Shown here one piece after another: positions 46,629-55,740 of a DNA stretch of 64,000 nt (the first letter of the stretch is position 1; each line of letters begins with the position of its first letter). A program made the position numbers and the translations under genes. This DNA is from a virus (taxonomy: Duplodnaviria > Caudoviricetes). The stretch spans positions 54,082 to 118,081 of the IMG/VR virus record IMGVR_UViG_3300017700_000721, one strand, 5' to 3'. The notes under the pieces were generated by a model that saw only the letters and a list, made by a program, of their open reading frames with translations, made no database searches and had not been told where the DNA came from.

Positions 46629-46855
46629 CGACCAGGCTTCCTGCGCTTGTTCATCTCCGATTGTAATACCTTGCTGAACCTAGAGACGTGGAGTTTCACA
46701 GCGTACGTGCTTGAGGTAATAATCACAATGGGCCTGGCACCCAGGTCAAGGCGCTCCAGAAGCTCTGCGAGCGCGGAGCTGGCTTCCTTCTCTGTCAGAG
46801 AGTTGCTTGTGGTGAAGTCAACCACGAGGCGATGCTTCCTTCGGGTCTTTGCCAT
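46625..46855 (-). CDS. hypothetical protein
   Basis: Packed ORF. Confidence 0.55.
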   Translation of the reverse strand: MAKTRRKHRLVVDFTTSNSLTEKEASSALAELLERLDLGARPIVIITSSTYAVKLHVSRFSKVLQSEMNKRRKPGR

Positions 46856-46856
46856 G

Positions 46857-47444
46857 TCAGGCTCCCACCTTCACCAATTCGTTGCGGAAGAGCTCGAGCG
46901 CGCCACCGCACCCCTGATCTGTTCTACCGTGAACCATCGCGTTCTTCCAAAGTCGGCCGGCTTGGAAAATTGTCCCGCAGCGAGCACATTTATACTCGAT
47001 CACGCGGGTATTCTTGGCCTTCCTCTCGACGATGCCAAGTTCAGCTCGCTCCTCCTGCTCAGGGGGCAACAACTCTAGACCAACGTTGAATGAGCGGCGG
47101 AACTGTCCGTCTTTCTCCCTGTGGATAAGCTCCTTCACTGAACCTCCCGGTAGGGTACATTCCTTCACAGGGTGGCGGCTTCCAAACCTCTCGCTATCGG
47201 CTCGGCCTGCCTCAAGGTCACCTCTGTAGATCAGATGCCAGGCGAAGTCCATGTCTCCTTCGTAGGTTCGCTCGGAACCCCAAACCTGGGACTCGCTGGC
47301 GCCGGTCGAGACAATGTGCCAGTGTTCCCAGGCTCCGTGTAGTTGCCAGCCCCAAGCCCATAGCTTCTCAAGCAGCTGGTCCCGGAGCTTATCGTGCACC
47401 GCCGTGGAGGTGACGCCTTGCGGAGGACCTCCACGGACGGGCAT
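46857..47444 (-). CDS. hypothetical protein with C-terminal Zn ribbon
   Basis: YKCARCG...H...CGG. Confidence 0.55.
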   Translation of the reverse strand: MPVRGGPPQGVTSTAVHDKLRDQLLEKLWAWGWQLHGAWEHWHIVSTGASESQVWGSERTYEGDMDFAWHLIYRGDLEAGRADSERFGSRHPVKECTLPGGSVKELIHREKDGQFRRSFNVGLELLPPEQEERAELGIVERKAKNTRVIEYKCARCGTIFQAGRLWKNAMVHGRTDQGCGGALELFRNELVKVGA

Positions 47445-47630
47445 TTACTTCTCCGAGACTTTAACGTTGAAGATACCGGCCTTCTTGTAAAGACCGAAAG
47501 TATCCTTCACTGTCCCGTGGATGAGGCTTGACAGGACGGTGATCATCTCCACCGTGGTCTTGGAGGAGTCTGTCTCCACCCAAGCCTCGGCAACCTTCTC
47601 GTCGACGGTAAAGGTTACGGTCCTCATCAC
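47445..47630 (-). CDS. hypothetical protein
   Basis: Packed ORF. Confidence 0.5.
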   Translation of the reverse strand: MMRTVTFTVDEKVAEAWVETDSSKTTVEMITVLSSLIHGTVKDTFGLYKKAGIFNVKVSEK

Positions 47631-49309
47631 ACGCCCCGGAAGCCGGCGCAGACCTTGAGCAGGTCCGTCGTGATTTCCTTGCCTGCCGCCTCGTATCGAG
47701 CCGCCAGCTTGAGGATGTTCTTGACGTCACGGCCGGACATCTCCTTCTTCTCGACCTCCCAGAAGGTCATCAGCTCGGCGATCTGGGCGTCCGTCAACGA
47801 CTTCAGGAACTGATCCCGTAGGACGAGCCAGATCTTGCGGAGCTCCTCCTTCTTCGGATAGTCGAACTTGATGATCGCCATCATTCGGCTGAGAATGGCG
47901 TCGTCCATCGTGTCGGCGCGGTTGGTCGTCAGGAACATGGTGTTGTCCTGGTACTCGAGGGTGCGCAGGAAGACGGCCACTACCGCATTCTGCTTGAGGT
48001 CGGTGCCGCGGGCCCGGCCGAATACATCAAACTCGTCGAGCAGGACCGGGCAGTCCCAGGCCTGAGCCAGCTTGTAGAACTTGAGCAGGTTCTGCTCGAT
48101 CTTCTCGGCCTCGGTGCCCAGCTGACCCGAATGGATCTTCAGGAGCGGCTTCTTCCGAAACTCGGCGTAGACCTCGGCCGTGAGTGTCTTCGCCAAACCC
48201 GGAGGTCCGGCGAGCAGGATGTAGTTGCCGCCCGACTTACCCTGCACGATGTCTTCCTGGGGAACGTCCATGTCGTGGGTGAGCACGTCGAGCACGTCGG
48301 CGTACATCTCCGGCAGGACGAGCTTGGAGCGCATCTTCTCGTCGTAGACGTAGAGATCGACGTCCTGCACGTGGACCTTGATCTCGACGTGCTGACCCAG
48401 ATGATAGACAGTCATGTTCAGCTGCCAGGGAGCCCGGCTGAACGCACTGTCGGGGAGGTCCTTCTTGGACTCGATCACCGCCTTGAGACCCGGGTCAATG
48501 TAGGGGTTGTCAGGGTCCGACACCTTGTATTGGCTGACGGTGACCTTCGTCGCGTTCATCGGGTCGTTGTGAACCAGGCGGCCGGCGTTGTCGTTCATCA
48601 GATCAACGGTCTTCTTGGGACGGCGGTTCCAGCGGCTGTAGTAGCTGTCTTCCTCGTCGGTGACTTCCACCGAGTGGTTGTTCAGAAGCACAAGCTGCTC
48701 ACCGAAACGGGGACGGAGGTCCTTGTATCGAGTCAGCTGCTCTTGATAGAGCTCGTGAAGCTCCGGGGTTTCCTTCTGCCAGCCCATCCGACGGAGGGCT
48801 TGGTCAGCCGTCATGCCCGATGACTTGCCCGCGGTCAGATGCTCACGGTTCTTGCTGACCGTCCCCTTCACGTTCTGGATGTATTCCAGCTCGATGTAGG
48901 CTTCCTGCTCATGGTCCCGCTTCTTCACGGGCGGGTAGTAGCGCAGGCCCACCACGAGCGCCGGGACCGGGTTGTTGCCGATCTTGAACACCCACCCTTC
49001 GATGGCGCCTTCGACGATGTAGTCAATCATGCCGGCGCAGAGGGCCGCCGCGGAGGCAATCTTTCCGCCTGTCGGGTTCTCCTGGGCGGTCTTCCAGGAG
49101 TTCATCTGCGAGCGGATCGCACGGAAAACGTCCGGCTTCCCGGGCTCCGGCTTCAACAGCTCGTAGAACGCCCGGAACTGGTTCGAATGGAGCGTCCGGA
49201 TGTCGACGCCGAAGGTGCCTTGGTCAAGGCCTTCTTCCGGAACGGCGCCGGTGTTGATACCGATGGCGGTGAACTTGGCCCGGTGTTCGTTGGGCAGATT
49301 GACGATCAT
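47627..49309 (-). CDS. AAA+ ATPase
   Basis: GPPGLAKTLTAE, LLDEFD, FLRTLEY, FLTTNR, AILSR, SGRDVKN. Confidence 0.9.
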   Translation of the reverse strand: MIVNLPNEHRAKFTAIGINTGAVPEEGLDQGTFGVDIRTLHSNQFRAFYELLKPEPGKPDVFRAIRSQMNSWKTAQENPTGGKIASAAALCAGMIDYIVEGAIEGWVFKIGNNPVPALVVGLRYYPPVKKRDHEQEAYIELEYIQNVKGTVSKNREHLTAGKSSGMTADQALRRMGWQKETPELHELYQEQLTRYKDLRPRFGEQLVLLNNHSVEVTDEEDSYYSRWNRRPKKTVDLMNDNAGRLVHNDPMNATKVTVSQYKVSDPDNPYIDPGLKAVIESKKDLPDSAFSRAPWQLNMTVYHLGQHVEIKVHVQDVDLYVYDEKMRSKLVLPEMYADVLDVLTHDMDVPQEDIVQGKSGGNYILLAGPPGLAKTLTAEVYAEFRKKPLLKIHSGQLGTEAEKIEQNLLKFYKLAQAWDCPVLLDEFDVFGRARGTDLKQNAVVAVFLRTLEYQDNTMFLTTNRADTMDDAILSRMMAIIKFDYPKKEELRKIWLVLRDQFLKSLTDAQIAELMTFWEVEKKEMSGRDVKNILKLAARYEAAGKEITTDLLKVCAGFRGV

Positions 49310-49334
49310 GACTTGTCCCTTCTTCGGTCAGACA

Positions 49335-49362
49335 GAAAGATACCCGCCCGAAGGCGGGTTCT
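49335..49362 (-). terminator. terminator-like hairpin after the BRCT gene
   Basis: ACCCGCC-TTCG-GGCGGGT followed by ATCTTTCT. Confidence 0.6.
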
Positions 49363-49367
49363 CAACC

Positions 49368-49622
49368 CTAGTGCTTGCGGCCGTACAGCATCGCGTCGCT
49401 GCGGTCGAGGAACTCCTCGTAGGACATCGTCCGGACGCCCAGCTCGCGGGCCTTGCGGGCCTTGGACGACTTGCCGAAGGCCAGCATATCTTTGTCGCCA
49501 ACCACCAGGAGAGTTTTGGAGCAGAACGAGCTGCGAACCTTCATGCCGATTGCATTGGCGCGGTCCATCAGCTGCGAGCGTGAGAAGCCGGGGCAGGGGC
49601 CGGTGAAAACGAGGTCGGTCAT
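49368..49622 (-). CDS. stand-alone BRCT domain protein
   Basis: VFTG...SRSQL...G......SKT.LVVG....SSKARKARELGV....EEF (NAD-ligase/RFC-type BRCT). Confidence 0.85.
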   Translation of the reverse strand: MTDLVFTGPCPGFSRSQLMDRANAIGMKVRSSFCSKTLLVVGDKDMLAFGKSSKARKARELGVRTMSYEEFLDRSDAMLYGRKH

Positions 49623-49670
49623 TTGAGTCTCTCCTTGATTTGATGAGAACCACTCTCACCTTACCCACCT

Positions 49671-49699
49671 ATTATATCATACCAAGGAGCAGGTGTCAA
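49671..49699 (-). promoter_or_regulatory. sigma70-type promoter
   Basis: TTGACA-17-TATAAT. Confidence 0.85.
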
Positions 49700-49737
49700 C
49701 TGTTTAGTTATACAGCCTAGGAATACCACCTATGCAC

Positions 49738-49774
49738 AAAAAGAAGGCCCGCCGAGTGGGGTTCAGGCGGGCCT
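49738..49774 (-). terminator. intrinsic terminator
   Basis: AGGCCCGCC...GGCGGGCCT-TCTTTTT. Confidence 0.85.
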
Positions 49775-49801
49775 AAGGTTAAGAGTGGCGGCGCGGGGTA
49801 G

Positions 49802-50134
49802 CTACCCGGCACTCTCGACAGAACTAATCATACCCTTGACAGGGTCGGCGCCAAACAGGCTGCAGAATTTGTCGCGGTCGACCTCTGACTCGAAAGCCCA
49901 ATAAGAGCGCCCTTCTTCCTTGAAGGGAAGATAAACCATCTTCAGCCCGGTGTTAGCCTCCACTTCAGGGGGTCTCACCACACCGACTGATCTCAAGATC
50001 GCCTGCCATGGATACTTGGCAGAGCTTAGCTCCCACCACTCGATCTTCGCCTGTCGCTTGTAGCCCCAGAGAGGTCCGTGCTTCGCGATCATGGCCGTGG
50101 TGGCCTCGGAGTATTTGCGGACTGGTTCGTTCAT
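49802..50134 (-). CDS. hypothetical protein
   Basis: ORF ending before the terminator. Confidence 0.6.
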   Translation of the reverse strand: MNEPVRKYSEATTAMIAKHGPLWGYKRQAKIEWWELSSAKYPWQAILRSVGVVRPPEVEANTGLKMVYLPFKEEGRSYWAFESEVDRDKFCSLFGADPVKGMISSVESAG

Positions 50135-50151
50135 GCCAGCTTATACACTGG

Positions 50152-50439
50152 TCAACGTGGTGTCAACCTCTCCAATCCCGCTTTCTCCAGCCACTTCTCG
50201 GTCAGACTGTTTGCGTAGGATCTGGCGGAGGCTAGTGTTGCCTTCGTCGCTCTCTTTGGCTTGTGGTCCAACTCACCTTTGCCCAGGTCTGGCAGGTTCA
50301 TGGTGACAGCGAAGATCGGCTTAGATATTCCTAGCCGGATCTCCTCGATGGTACCCACCGTGTTCTGCCCTAGCTTCGCTCCCCAGATCCGAGGCTGTGG
50401 GTTCTTGGGGCGCTTGCGTGTCCACTTCAGAACGGCCAT
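50152..50439 (-). CDS. hypothetical protein
   Basis: GGAG RBS. Confidence 0.6.
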   Translation of the reverse strand: MAVLKWTRKRPKNPQPRIWGAKLGQNTVGTIEEIRLGISKPIFAVTMNLPDLGKGELDHKPKRATKATLASARSYANSLTEKWLEKAGLERLTPR

Positions 50440-50538
50440 AAGGAACTCCCTTAACAGGCATGCCTGACGTGGGAATTAGTGCAAACGATCTTGCGCATGG
50501 ATGGCGGGGCGTCTCTGTTGGTTTGTCAGCCATCGTAC

Positions 50539-52065
50539 CTACTTCGCTTCAGGGTTGGCTTCGAGCACGTAGTCCTTACGAACCCAACCCAAGGTTTCGT
50601 CACCGCGGATATGTTCGGGAATGAGGCGGCCGTATGACTCGCAGATTTCGCAGAGACGGTACCCAGCACTATGGTCATACTCCCACTTGTGGTCGGCAGG
50701 CTTGCAGCTGAGCTCTGTCTGGTAGGTTCTCCAGTGGCTCCGCACCTCGTGAGCTCGCTTCTTCGCTGCGATCGCGTGACGCAGCTTCCTCTCGATAAAC
50801 TGGATTGGCCGGGTCTTTGGTAGCTTGAGGCTCAGCCGGTGATGATCCAGGAGGTTCTTGTGATGGAGTCCAATCCGCTGAGAGCCCGGCTTCACCACGT
50901 GGTTGGAGGTAGTCGGGACCTCGTTCAGCATCGCTAGGACTGTCACCACCCAACGAAGGATCCCAGAATTCTCCTTCAAACCAACAGAGAAGTCCATGAA
51001 CCAGCTTTGGATCATGTTGTTCAATTCGGTGGTAGATGCCCTCTCCGGCAAACAATCAAGGACCGCCTGATAGAAGGCGTTGACCGAGAGCGAGCTGTGC
51101 GGCTCCAGCATTGGCGGCGTCTTCTTCCCCAACTTCCGGAAGGTTTCGCCAACCTTCTCCTCTAGGGCGCTATCTGTCACCTCAGCAAACGAATAGCCCC
51201 ACGACATGGCCCGCATACCGTTGAATATGTCAACGGGGGTTACATTCTCAATCCCTATTGCATTTCTGCTTATGAAGGGAGCCTGGCCGGCAGCGCCAAC
51301 CTTGTGCAAAGGTCCAGTTTCGTCTGCATCGAATAGGTAGACGCCGGGGAGCGTCGTTACATGCTCTTCAATATCTCCTTCACGAAAGGCAAGGGGCCCA
51401 ATCAAGAACATCGCCCACGAGGTGGGACGTGTCATGTCGCGCTTCAGCAGAAGACCCAGGCGCTTTGGTACGGTACTATGGATCTCGTACTCGTCACCAT
51501 AACCAGCCAGGGTGGCCGAGGTCCTCACCTTGACATGAAGGTTAAGCTCCAGGTAGGTGACCTCATACGGCAAGGTGGCCATCTGGGTCATTTGCTTCAT
51601 CTTCTCAGGCGAGGCTGTACCTGCCACCCGGGTGGCCATCTCCACAAACTCGTCGTCGAGGGTGAAGCGGGCAGATCGCTTGATCAGCGATCTCTGCATG
51701 ATGCAGTCTTGCTCAACCTTCTCCAGCCGCTTCCGACTATGCCGCATGTATTTCTTGACAGCCTTCGGCAGTCCGTAGGTGCCCGCCATCCACTCGTCTA
51801 TAAGAGACAGGTCTGGGTTGGCCGCTTCCTTCTCGGAACGGTAGCGGAAAAGAACCTCGTTGTGATCTGCTATGGTTTCGCCTGGTATGGCCCTGCGAGG
51901 GATCCGGACTCCCATCAAAGGATCTTCGTGACCCACAACGTTGGCGAAGGCTTTGCTGGTATCGTCATCCAGGAAGGCCTTGGAGGGCTCGTTGGAGCGA
52001 AATGACCGGACTTGGGTCGAAGGAGGGAGTTTATCCCGACCGTATGAGTATTTGTTCGGACTCAT
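50539..52065 (-). CDS. hypothetical early protein with C-terminal HxVRxHWR / Zn motif
   Basis: RAHEVRSHWR..C...H..W....C..C...IPEH.RGD; own promoter. Confidence 0.7.
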   Translation of the reverse strand: MSPNKYSYGRDKLPPSTQVRSFRSNEPSKAFLDDDTSKAFANVVGHEDPLMGVRIPRRAIPGETIADHNEVLFRYRSEKEAANPDLSLIDEWMAGTYGLPKAVKKYMRHSRKRLEKVEQDCIMQRSLIKRSARFTLDDEFVEMATRVAGTASPEKMKQMTQMATLPYEVTYLELNLHVKVRTSATLAGYGDEYEIHSTVPKRLGLLLKRDMTRPTSWAMFLIGPLAFREGDIEEHVTTLPGVYLFDADETGPLHKVGAAGQAPFISRNAIGIENVTPVDIFNGMRAMSWGYSFAEVTDSALEEKVGETFRKLGKKTPPMLEPHSSLSVNAFYQAVLDCLPERASTTELNNMIQSWFMDFSVGLKENSGILRWVVTVLAMLNEVPTTSNHVVKPGSQRIGLHHKNLLDHHRLSLKLPKTRPIQFIERKLRHAIAAKKRAHEVRSHWRTYQTELSCKPADHKWEYDHSAGYRLCEICESYGRLIPEHIRGDETLGWVRKDYVLEANPEAK

Positions 52066-52093
52066 GACAACACCTCACTCAGCCTACACTACA

Positions 52094-52122
52094 ATTATAG
52101 CATAATCCGAGCAAGTTGTCAA
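52094..52122 (-). promoter_or_regulatory. sigma70-type promoter
   Basis: TTGACA-17-TATAAT. Confidence 0.85.
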
Positions 52123-52132
52123 CTGGTCGTTT

Positions 52133-52399
52133 CTAAGTCTGATGGACAGTTCCGTCGGACGTCTTGATCGGGTTCTGGTCGATCCAACCCATTGCGTCTC
52201 GGATCCCCTCGGCCGTAGGCTCCGCTCGCTGGACACTGTTCAGCACGTTCTCGGAGTACTTCACACAAACGGTCCCGGTGGAGTGAGTACCGCGAACGTC
52301 AATCACGATTAGGTACCCTTTGTAAGGGATGCGCAACTGGGTCTCCAGTTCGACCATCTTCCCTGTCACAGAGAACTGGACGGTCTGTACTTCATTCAT
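52133..52399 (-). CDS. hypothetical protein
   Basis: Packed ORF. Confidence 0.55.
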   Translation of the reverse strand: MNEVQTVQFSVTGKMVELETQLRIPYKGYLIVIDVRGTHSTGTVCVKYSENVLNSVQRAEPTAEGIRDAMGWIDQNPIKTSDGTVHQT

Positions 52400-52611
52400 G
52401 ATAGTCTCTCCAGGTGCCTGACTCGCTCAACGGTCGTTCCGATCTTCTTACCGTACTCGTCTTGGAGCTCCACAAGGGCCATCTTCGTCCAACCTGTGGT
52501 TCTCCCTGTCCGTTTGGTGAAGGTTGAACGGACTATTCCCTGAGCTCCAGGCTTCTGACCTTCCTCGGTAACAGCCACAGAGTCTTTCTCAAAGATCCCA
52601 ATCTCACCCAT
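52396..52611 (-). CDS. hypothetical protein
   Basis: Packed ORF. Confidence 0.55.
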   Translation of the reverse strand: MGEIGIFEKDSVAVTEEGQKPGAQGIVRSTFTKRTGRTTGWTKMALVELQDEYGKKIGTTVERVRHLERLS

Positions 52612-52613
52612 TG

Positions 52614-53402
52614 CTATTCTTCGGTATTATCCTGGGTGATCAGGGTGGTTGATTTGAAGCCTGCTTCGTTCTTCTCAGCGTTCCGCTTCGCGAACTGCTC
52701 GGCCGGTTTTGCCAGGATACGCTCCATCTCCCGCCACTCTTCCTTGTCGGCGTTGTAGTTTGCGGCCTGAGCCAGCAGTAGGATGCAGATACCTACGCCT
52801 CCAAGCTCTTGGCTTACTTCACCGACGGGACGGCTATAAATATGGTCGATGAGTGCGTGCATGATATCCTTTGGAACGCCTACGGACTGAGCCAGCTCAA
52901 TGGACTCTTCCGAGAAGCGGATACCTCGCTGTTGGAGGTTCGTGGCTTCCTCCTCGCCGAAGCAAGCCTTGGCCCACTGCAGCAATATCTCCTGCCGGTA
53001 CATACGCATCGGATGCGTCCAGCCGGCCTCTTTTGGCAACTCAGACAGAAGCTTCCGCGCTTGATCTCGCCCACCTTGCAAGATGATGTCACCGGTCGCT
53101 AGGGCGTGCACGAAAGGTCTGGCCCGATGGGCCACCTCCTGCATCTGGTTCGCGCGGTCAAGGTGTGTCTGCAAGCTGTAGGACAGCTCCTCGCTGTTCT
53201 GCTTCCAAGTCATCGGCCACATCGGCGTGTCGCAGTTCGGGCAATTCGTCGGCGCTCTGTTCGCGCCTACCGTCCCGTCACCCATGTTCAGGGTCCGTTG
53301 CAAGAGCACGAAGTTGCACTTCGCACATTTGAAGCAGCCCGGGACAATTGCCTCCTTGCGGAGCGTCTCCAGGGCTTCCTTGATCTCTTCGTCGGGGGTC
53401 AT
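52614..53402 (-). CDS. Zn-ribbon plus MazG-like NTP pyrophosphohydrolase domain protein
   Basis: CAKC...CPNC; RFSEESIELAQ...GEVSQELGGV. Start moved to ATG 53402 (TGATG overlap). Confidence 0.6.
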   Translation of the reverse strand: MTPDEEIKEALETLRKEAIVPGCFKCAKCNFVLLQRTLNMGDGTVGANRAPTNCPNCDTPMWPMTWKQNSEELSYSLQTHLDRANQMQEVAHRARPFVHALATGDIILQGGRDQARKLLSELPKEAGWTHPMRMYRQEILLQWAKACFGEEEATNLQQRGIRFSEESIELAQSVGVPKDIMHALIDHIYSRPVGEVSQELGGVGICILLLAQAANYNADKEEWREMERILAKPAEQFAKRNAEKNEAGFKSTTLITQDNTEE

Positions 53403-53749
53403 CAACCGGGCTCCACTGTTCCACACCTCGTCGCAATCACCATGCGATCGGCATAGTTGATCAGCAAGTTGCGAGTACGCTCGTTTTCCGGAGCGTAGGC
53501 CGGGTCTCCATAGGCTCCGTGTGTGCTCCAAATATTGAGCGTAAAGTGCCAGTAGTCGTAGTTGTTCGGCGTAGGAGTGGGGTTCTGTGGGTCCGTCTTG
53601 TTGTCGAAGCCTGCGTTGCCCATGAAGGTCATCCGCTGGCTCTTCATCAAAGAGTTCCAGCGATCAGCAGATAGCTTCAGCGCCTGGAACTCCTCGATGT
53701 CGACTGTGACCTTGCCGTTGACAACAGGGTATGGCAGCTCGTCGGTCAT
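53402..53749 (-). CDS. hypothetical protein
   Basis: Packed ORF. Confidence 0.6.
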   Translation of the reverse strand: MTDELPYPVVNGKVTVDIEEFQALKLSADRWNSLMKSQRMTFMGNAGFDNKTDPQNPTPTPNNYDYWHFTLNIWSTHGAYGDPAYAPENERTRNLLINYADRMVIATRCGTVEPG

Positions 53750-54177
53750 GGCTGATCCTTCAAGATCTTACGGAGCTGGTCAGGCATCGTTGGAATGCCC
53801 GAATGAGATCCAGGAGCAAAGAACGCCCCATCCTCGGTCTTATGGTACCAAGACCATCCTTGGGAGTGCTCTTTGTTTCCGCCCATGAAGACAGACCAAC
53901 CATGCTTTATGGCCCGCCCGTAAAGCAACAGATCCTCGCTCCGATCCAGAAGCTTCTGCGCCTCGTTCCTCAGGATCACCATAAGGTCGGCCACGTTCTT
54001 GGCGTTAGGCTGGTCCTCCCCGTAGATCGTAAAGAGCCATCCGTACGGATTCTTCAGCCAGATCTCGTAGTTCAAGGTGCCGTTGTCTTCCTCGATCCTC
54101 TGGATCTCGAAGTCTCCCGGCAGCGCCGCAAGCAAGGTTGGCAGCTGTGTGGGATCAGGTGTGTAAATCTCGCTCAT
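53746..54177 (-). CDS. hypothetical protein
   Basis: Start moved to ATG 54177 (ATGA overlap). Confidence 0.6.
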   Translation of the reverse strand: MSEIYTPDPTQLPTLLAALPGDFEIQRIEEDNGTLNYEIWLKNPYGWLFTIYGEDQPNAKNVADLMVILRNEAQKLLDRSEDLLLYGRAIKHGWSVFMGGNKEHSQGWSWYHKTEDGAFFAPGSHSGIPTMPDQLRKILKDQP

Positions 54178-54461
54178 GGCTGGTAATACAGAGCGTTCAC
54201 CTCCCGCATGAATTGCGGGTTGTAATTGATCGTGTCTCCCCTGCTGTAAGGACTCTTCATCTCCCGAAAGACGTGTTCCAGGATTGCGCAAAGGGCAACC
54301 GCTGCGAAAGTCTCCTCCAGTTCACGCTCGGCAGCTTCTATCCGCTTGCCTATGAAGACCACCTGCTTTGCCCGCAGGAACTGGTAGCCGGTTCTTCCGT
54401 AGGCTCGGCGAGCGCAGTTTGCGGCCGCTGCCCAAGAATTGTAAGAGAGCTGCGGGTTCAT
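54174..54461 (-). CDS. hypothetical protein
   Basis: Packed ORF. Confidence 0.55.
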   Translation of the reverse strand: MNPQLSYNSWAAAANCARRAYGRTGYQFLRAKQVVFIGKRIEAAERELEETFAAVALCAILEHVFREMKSPYSRGDTINYNPQFMREVNALYYQP

Positions 54462-54742
54462 GTCGCGCTCGTGTTACGTTCGGGGCTGTTCACAAAAGAC
54501 GTGATCAGGTAACGCTCACCGTTGCTGCAGGTAACGTAACCCATGTATTCCGACCGAGCTTCGATCGACTTCCAGGCTTCGTGAGCGTAGGTGGCGCAGA
54601 ATGTGTCAGCGGCACCACAGTTCCTGATCTGGACGTTGCGCGACCGCACGGCGTGCTGATGAGCAACCACAACGTCTCGATCGCTCATCTGCGAGAGGGA
54701 GCGCTGCATTTTGAGAAGCGTCCAGAGGTTGACTTTGGTCAT
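54458..54742 (-). CDS. hypothetical protein
   Basis: AGGAG RBS; first gene after a promoter. Confidence 0.6.
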   Translation of the reverse strand: MTKVNLWTLLKMQRSLSQMSDRDVVVAHQHAVRSRNVQIRNCGAADTFCATYAHEAWKSIEARSEYMGYVTCSNGERYLITSFVNSPERNTSAT

Positions 54743-54765
54743 GAGGATCTCCTTGTTGATCCTCT

Positions 54766-54794
54766 ATTTTAGCATACTAGGGAGTAGTTGTCAA
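54766..54794 (-). promoter_or_regulatory. sigma70-type promoter
   Basis: TTGACA-17-TAAAAT with extended TG. Confidence 0.8.
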
Positions 54795-55585
54795 CTCTGA
54801 AAGAATGCGTGGGGCACAAGGTTGGTATTCTGCCAGTGCAGGCGATGGGCACGTTCCAGGAACACCCGGATGGAATAAGTGTCCGGGCTCAGCTTGCACT
54901 CGTTCGTGAGCTTCCGAAGCTGGTCTACGTATTCCTCCAGGAATACGAGTACTCCCTTCAGGTCAATCTCACCAACCCGCACCTTGTGCAGAAATTTCAC
55001 GCTGTCCTGTGGCATTGGCAGGGTGAGCCGCCCGGTCAGGAGCAACTCTATCCCTTGTAACGTGTGCCTGAGGGCGTGCATCGCGAACTTGGCATCGTAG
55101 CCGAATAGCTTCACCTTGTCCGCTCGCTGGTTCTTACCCTGCATTGGGTGGTAAAGCTCGTTGAGCATGCTTTCGGCTGATCGTAGGTAGGACAGAGCCA
55201 CCCGCTCGCTCATAAAGGCACTGTGCAGCTTCTGGAACTCGGTTCCCAGACGGTCGTTTAGGTCAAATCTGTCAGGGGCGTAAAGCACCGGCGTGATGCG
55301 AGGGTTTCCCCGGAGAAGTAGCTCCGTGATCCTTCGCAAGGAGAAGTAGGTTTCCTCGGTCTGTCCAGGACCTGATCTGACCTTCTTCGCCACGGAGCGC
55401 CAAGCGGTGTTTTCGAGAGGCTCTTCCGGCCCGAACACGTGACCAGGAGGCTCGATGAAGATCACGGTAAAGTCAAGGTCAGACTCCGGATGCTCCAGGC
55501 CGTGAGCATGAGATCCGGTCAATACCCTCAGAATGGTATTCCTCTTCGCGATCTCAAGGTCGCGTTCTTGCTGGGTCTCGTCCAC
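54791..55585 (-). CDS. Pol-beta superfamily nucleotidyltransferase (RlaP/YcgL-like)
   Basis: GSHAHGL...SDLD, GNP, GYDAKFAMHALR, LLLTG. Confidence 0.85.
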   Translation of the reverse strand: MDETQQERDLEIAKRNTILRVLTGSHAHGLEHPESDLDFTVIFIEPPGHVFGPEEPLENTAWRSVAKKVRSGPGQTEETYFSLRRITELLLRGNPRITPVLYAPDRFDLNDRLGTEFQKLHSAFMSERVALSYLRSAESMLNELYHPMQGKNQRADKVKLFGYDAKFAMHALRHTLQGIELLLTGRLTLPMPQDSVKFLHKVRVGEIDLKGVLVFLEEYVDQLRKLTNECKLSPDTYSIRVFLERAHRLHWQNTNLVPHAFFQS

Positions 55586-55599
55586 TTAACCATCCCTCA

Positions 55600-55740
55600 T
55601 AAGCGCCTGGCCGGCTTACGCCCATCCGTTCCATCCAGGACTTCTCTCCCTTACAGTCAGCGGTTCGGACGAACACTGCTGCAAGGGCATGGTCTTCAGT
55701 GACAAGGACGCGTCACAGCGGTCGACTCCATGACCGCTGA
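55600..55740 (-). ncRNA. candidate structured RNA upstream of the nucleotidyltransferase
   Basis: Consecutive stems CAGCGGUC/GACCGCUG, UGAC/GUCA, CCCUUGCAG/CUGUAAGGG (G-U only on the minus strand) and CCUGG/CCAGG. Confidence 0.45.

Noticed and set aside
49306-49668. 120-aa ORF
   Set aside because: Alternative frame over the BRCT gene and its terminator.
50138-50166. Promoter TTGACA-17-TAAGCT
   Set aside because: The -10 is weaker and only 3 nt from the ATG; possible but not called.
50321-50533. 70-aa ORF
   Set aside because: More than half overlaps the better-supported 50152-50439 gene; uncertain.
55670-55740. CUGAAGA after a hairpin, suggesting a hammerhead ribozyme
   Set aside because: No correctly placed GAAA and no UH cleavage site.
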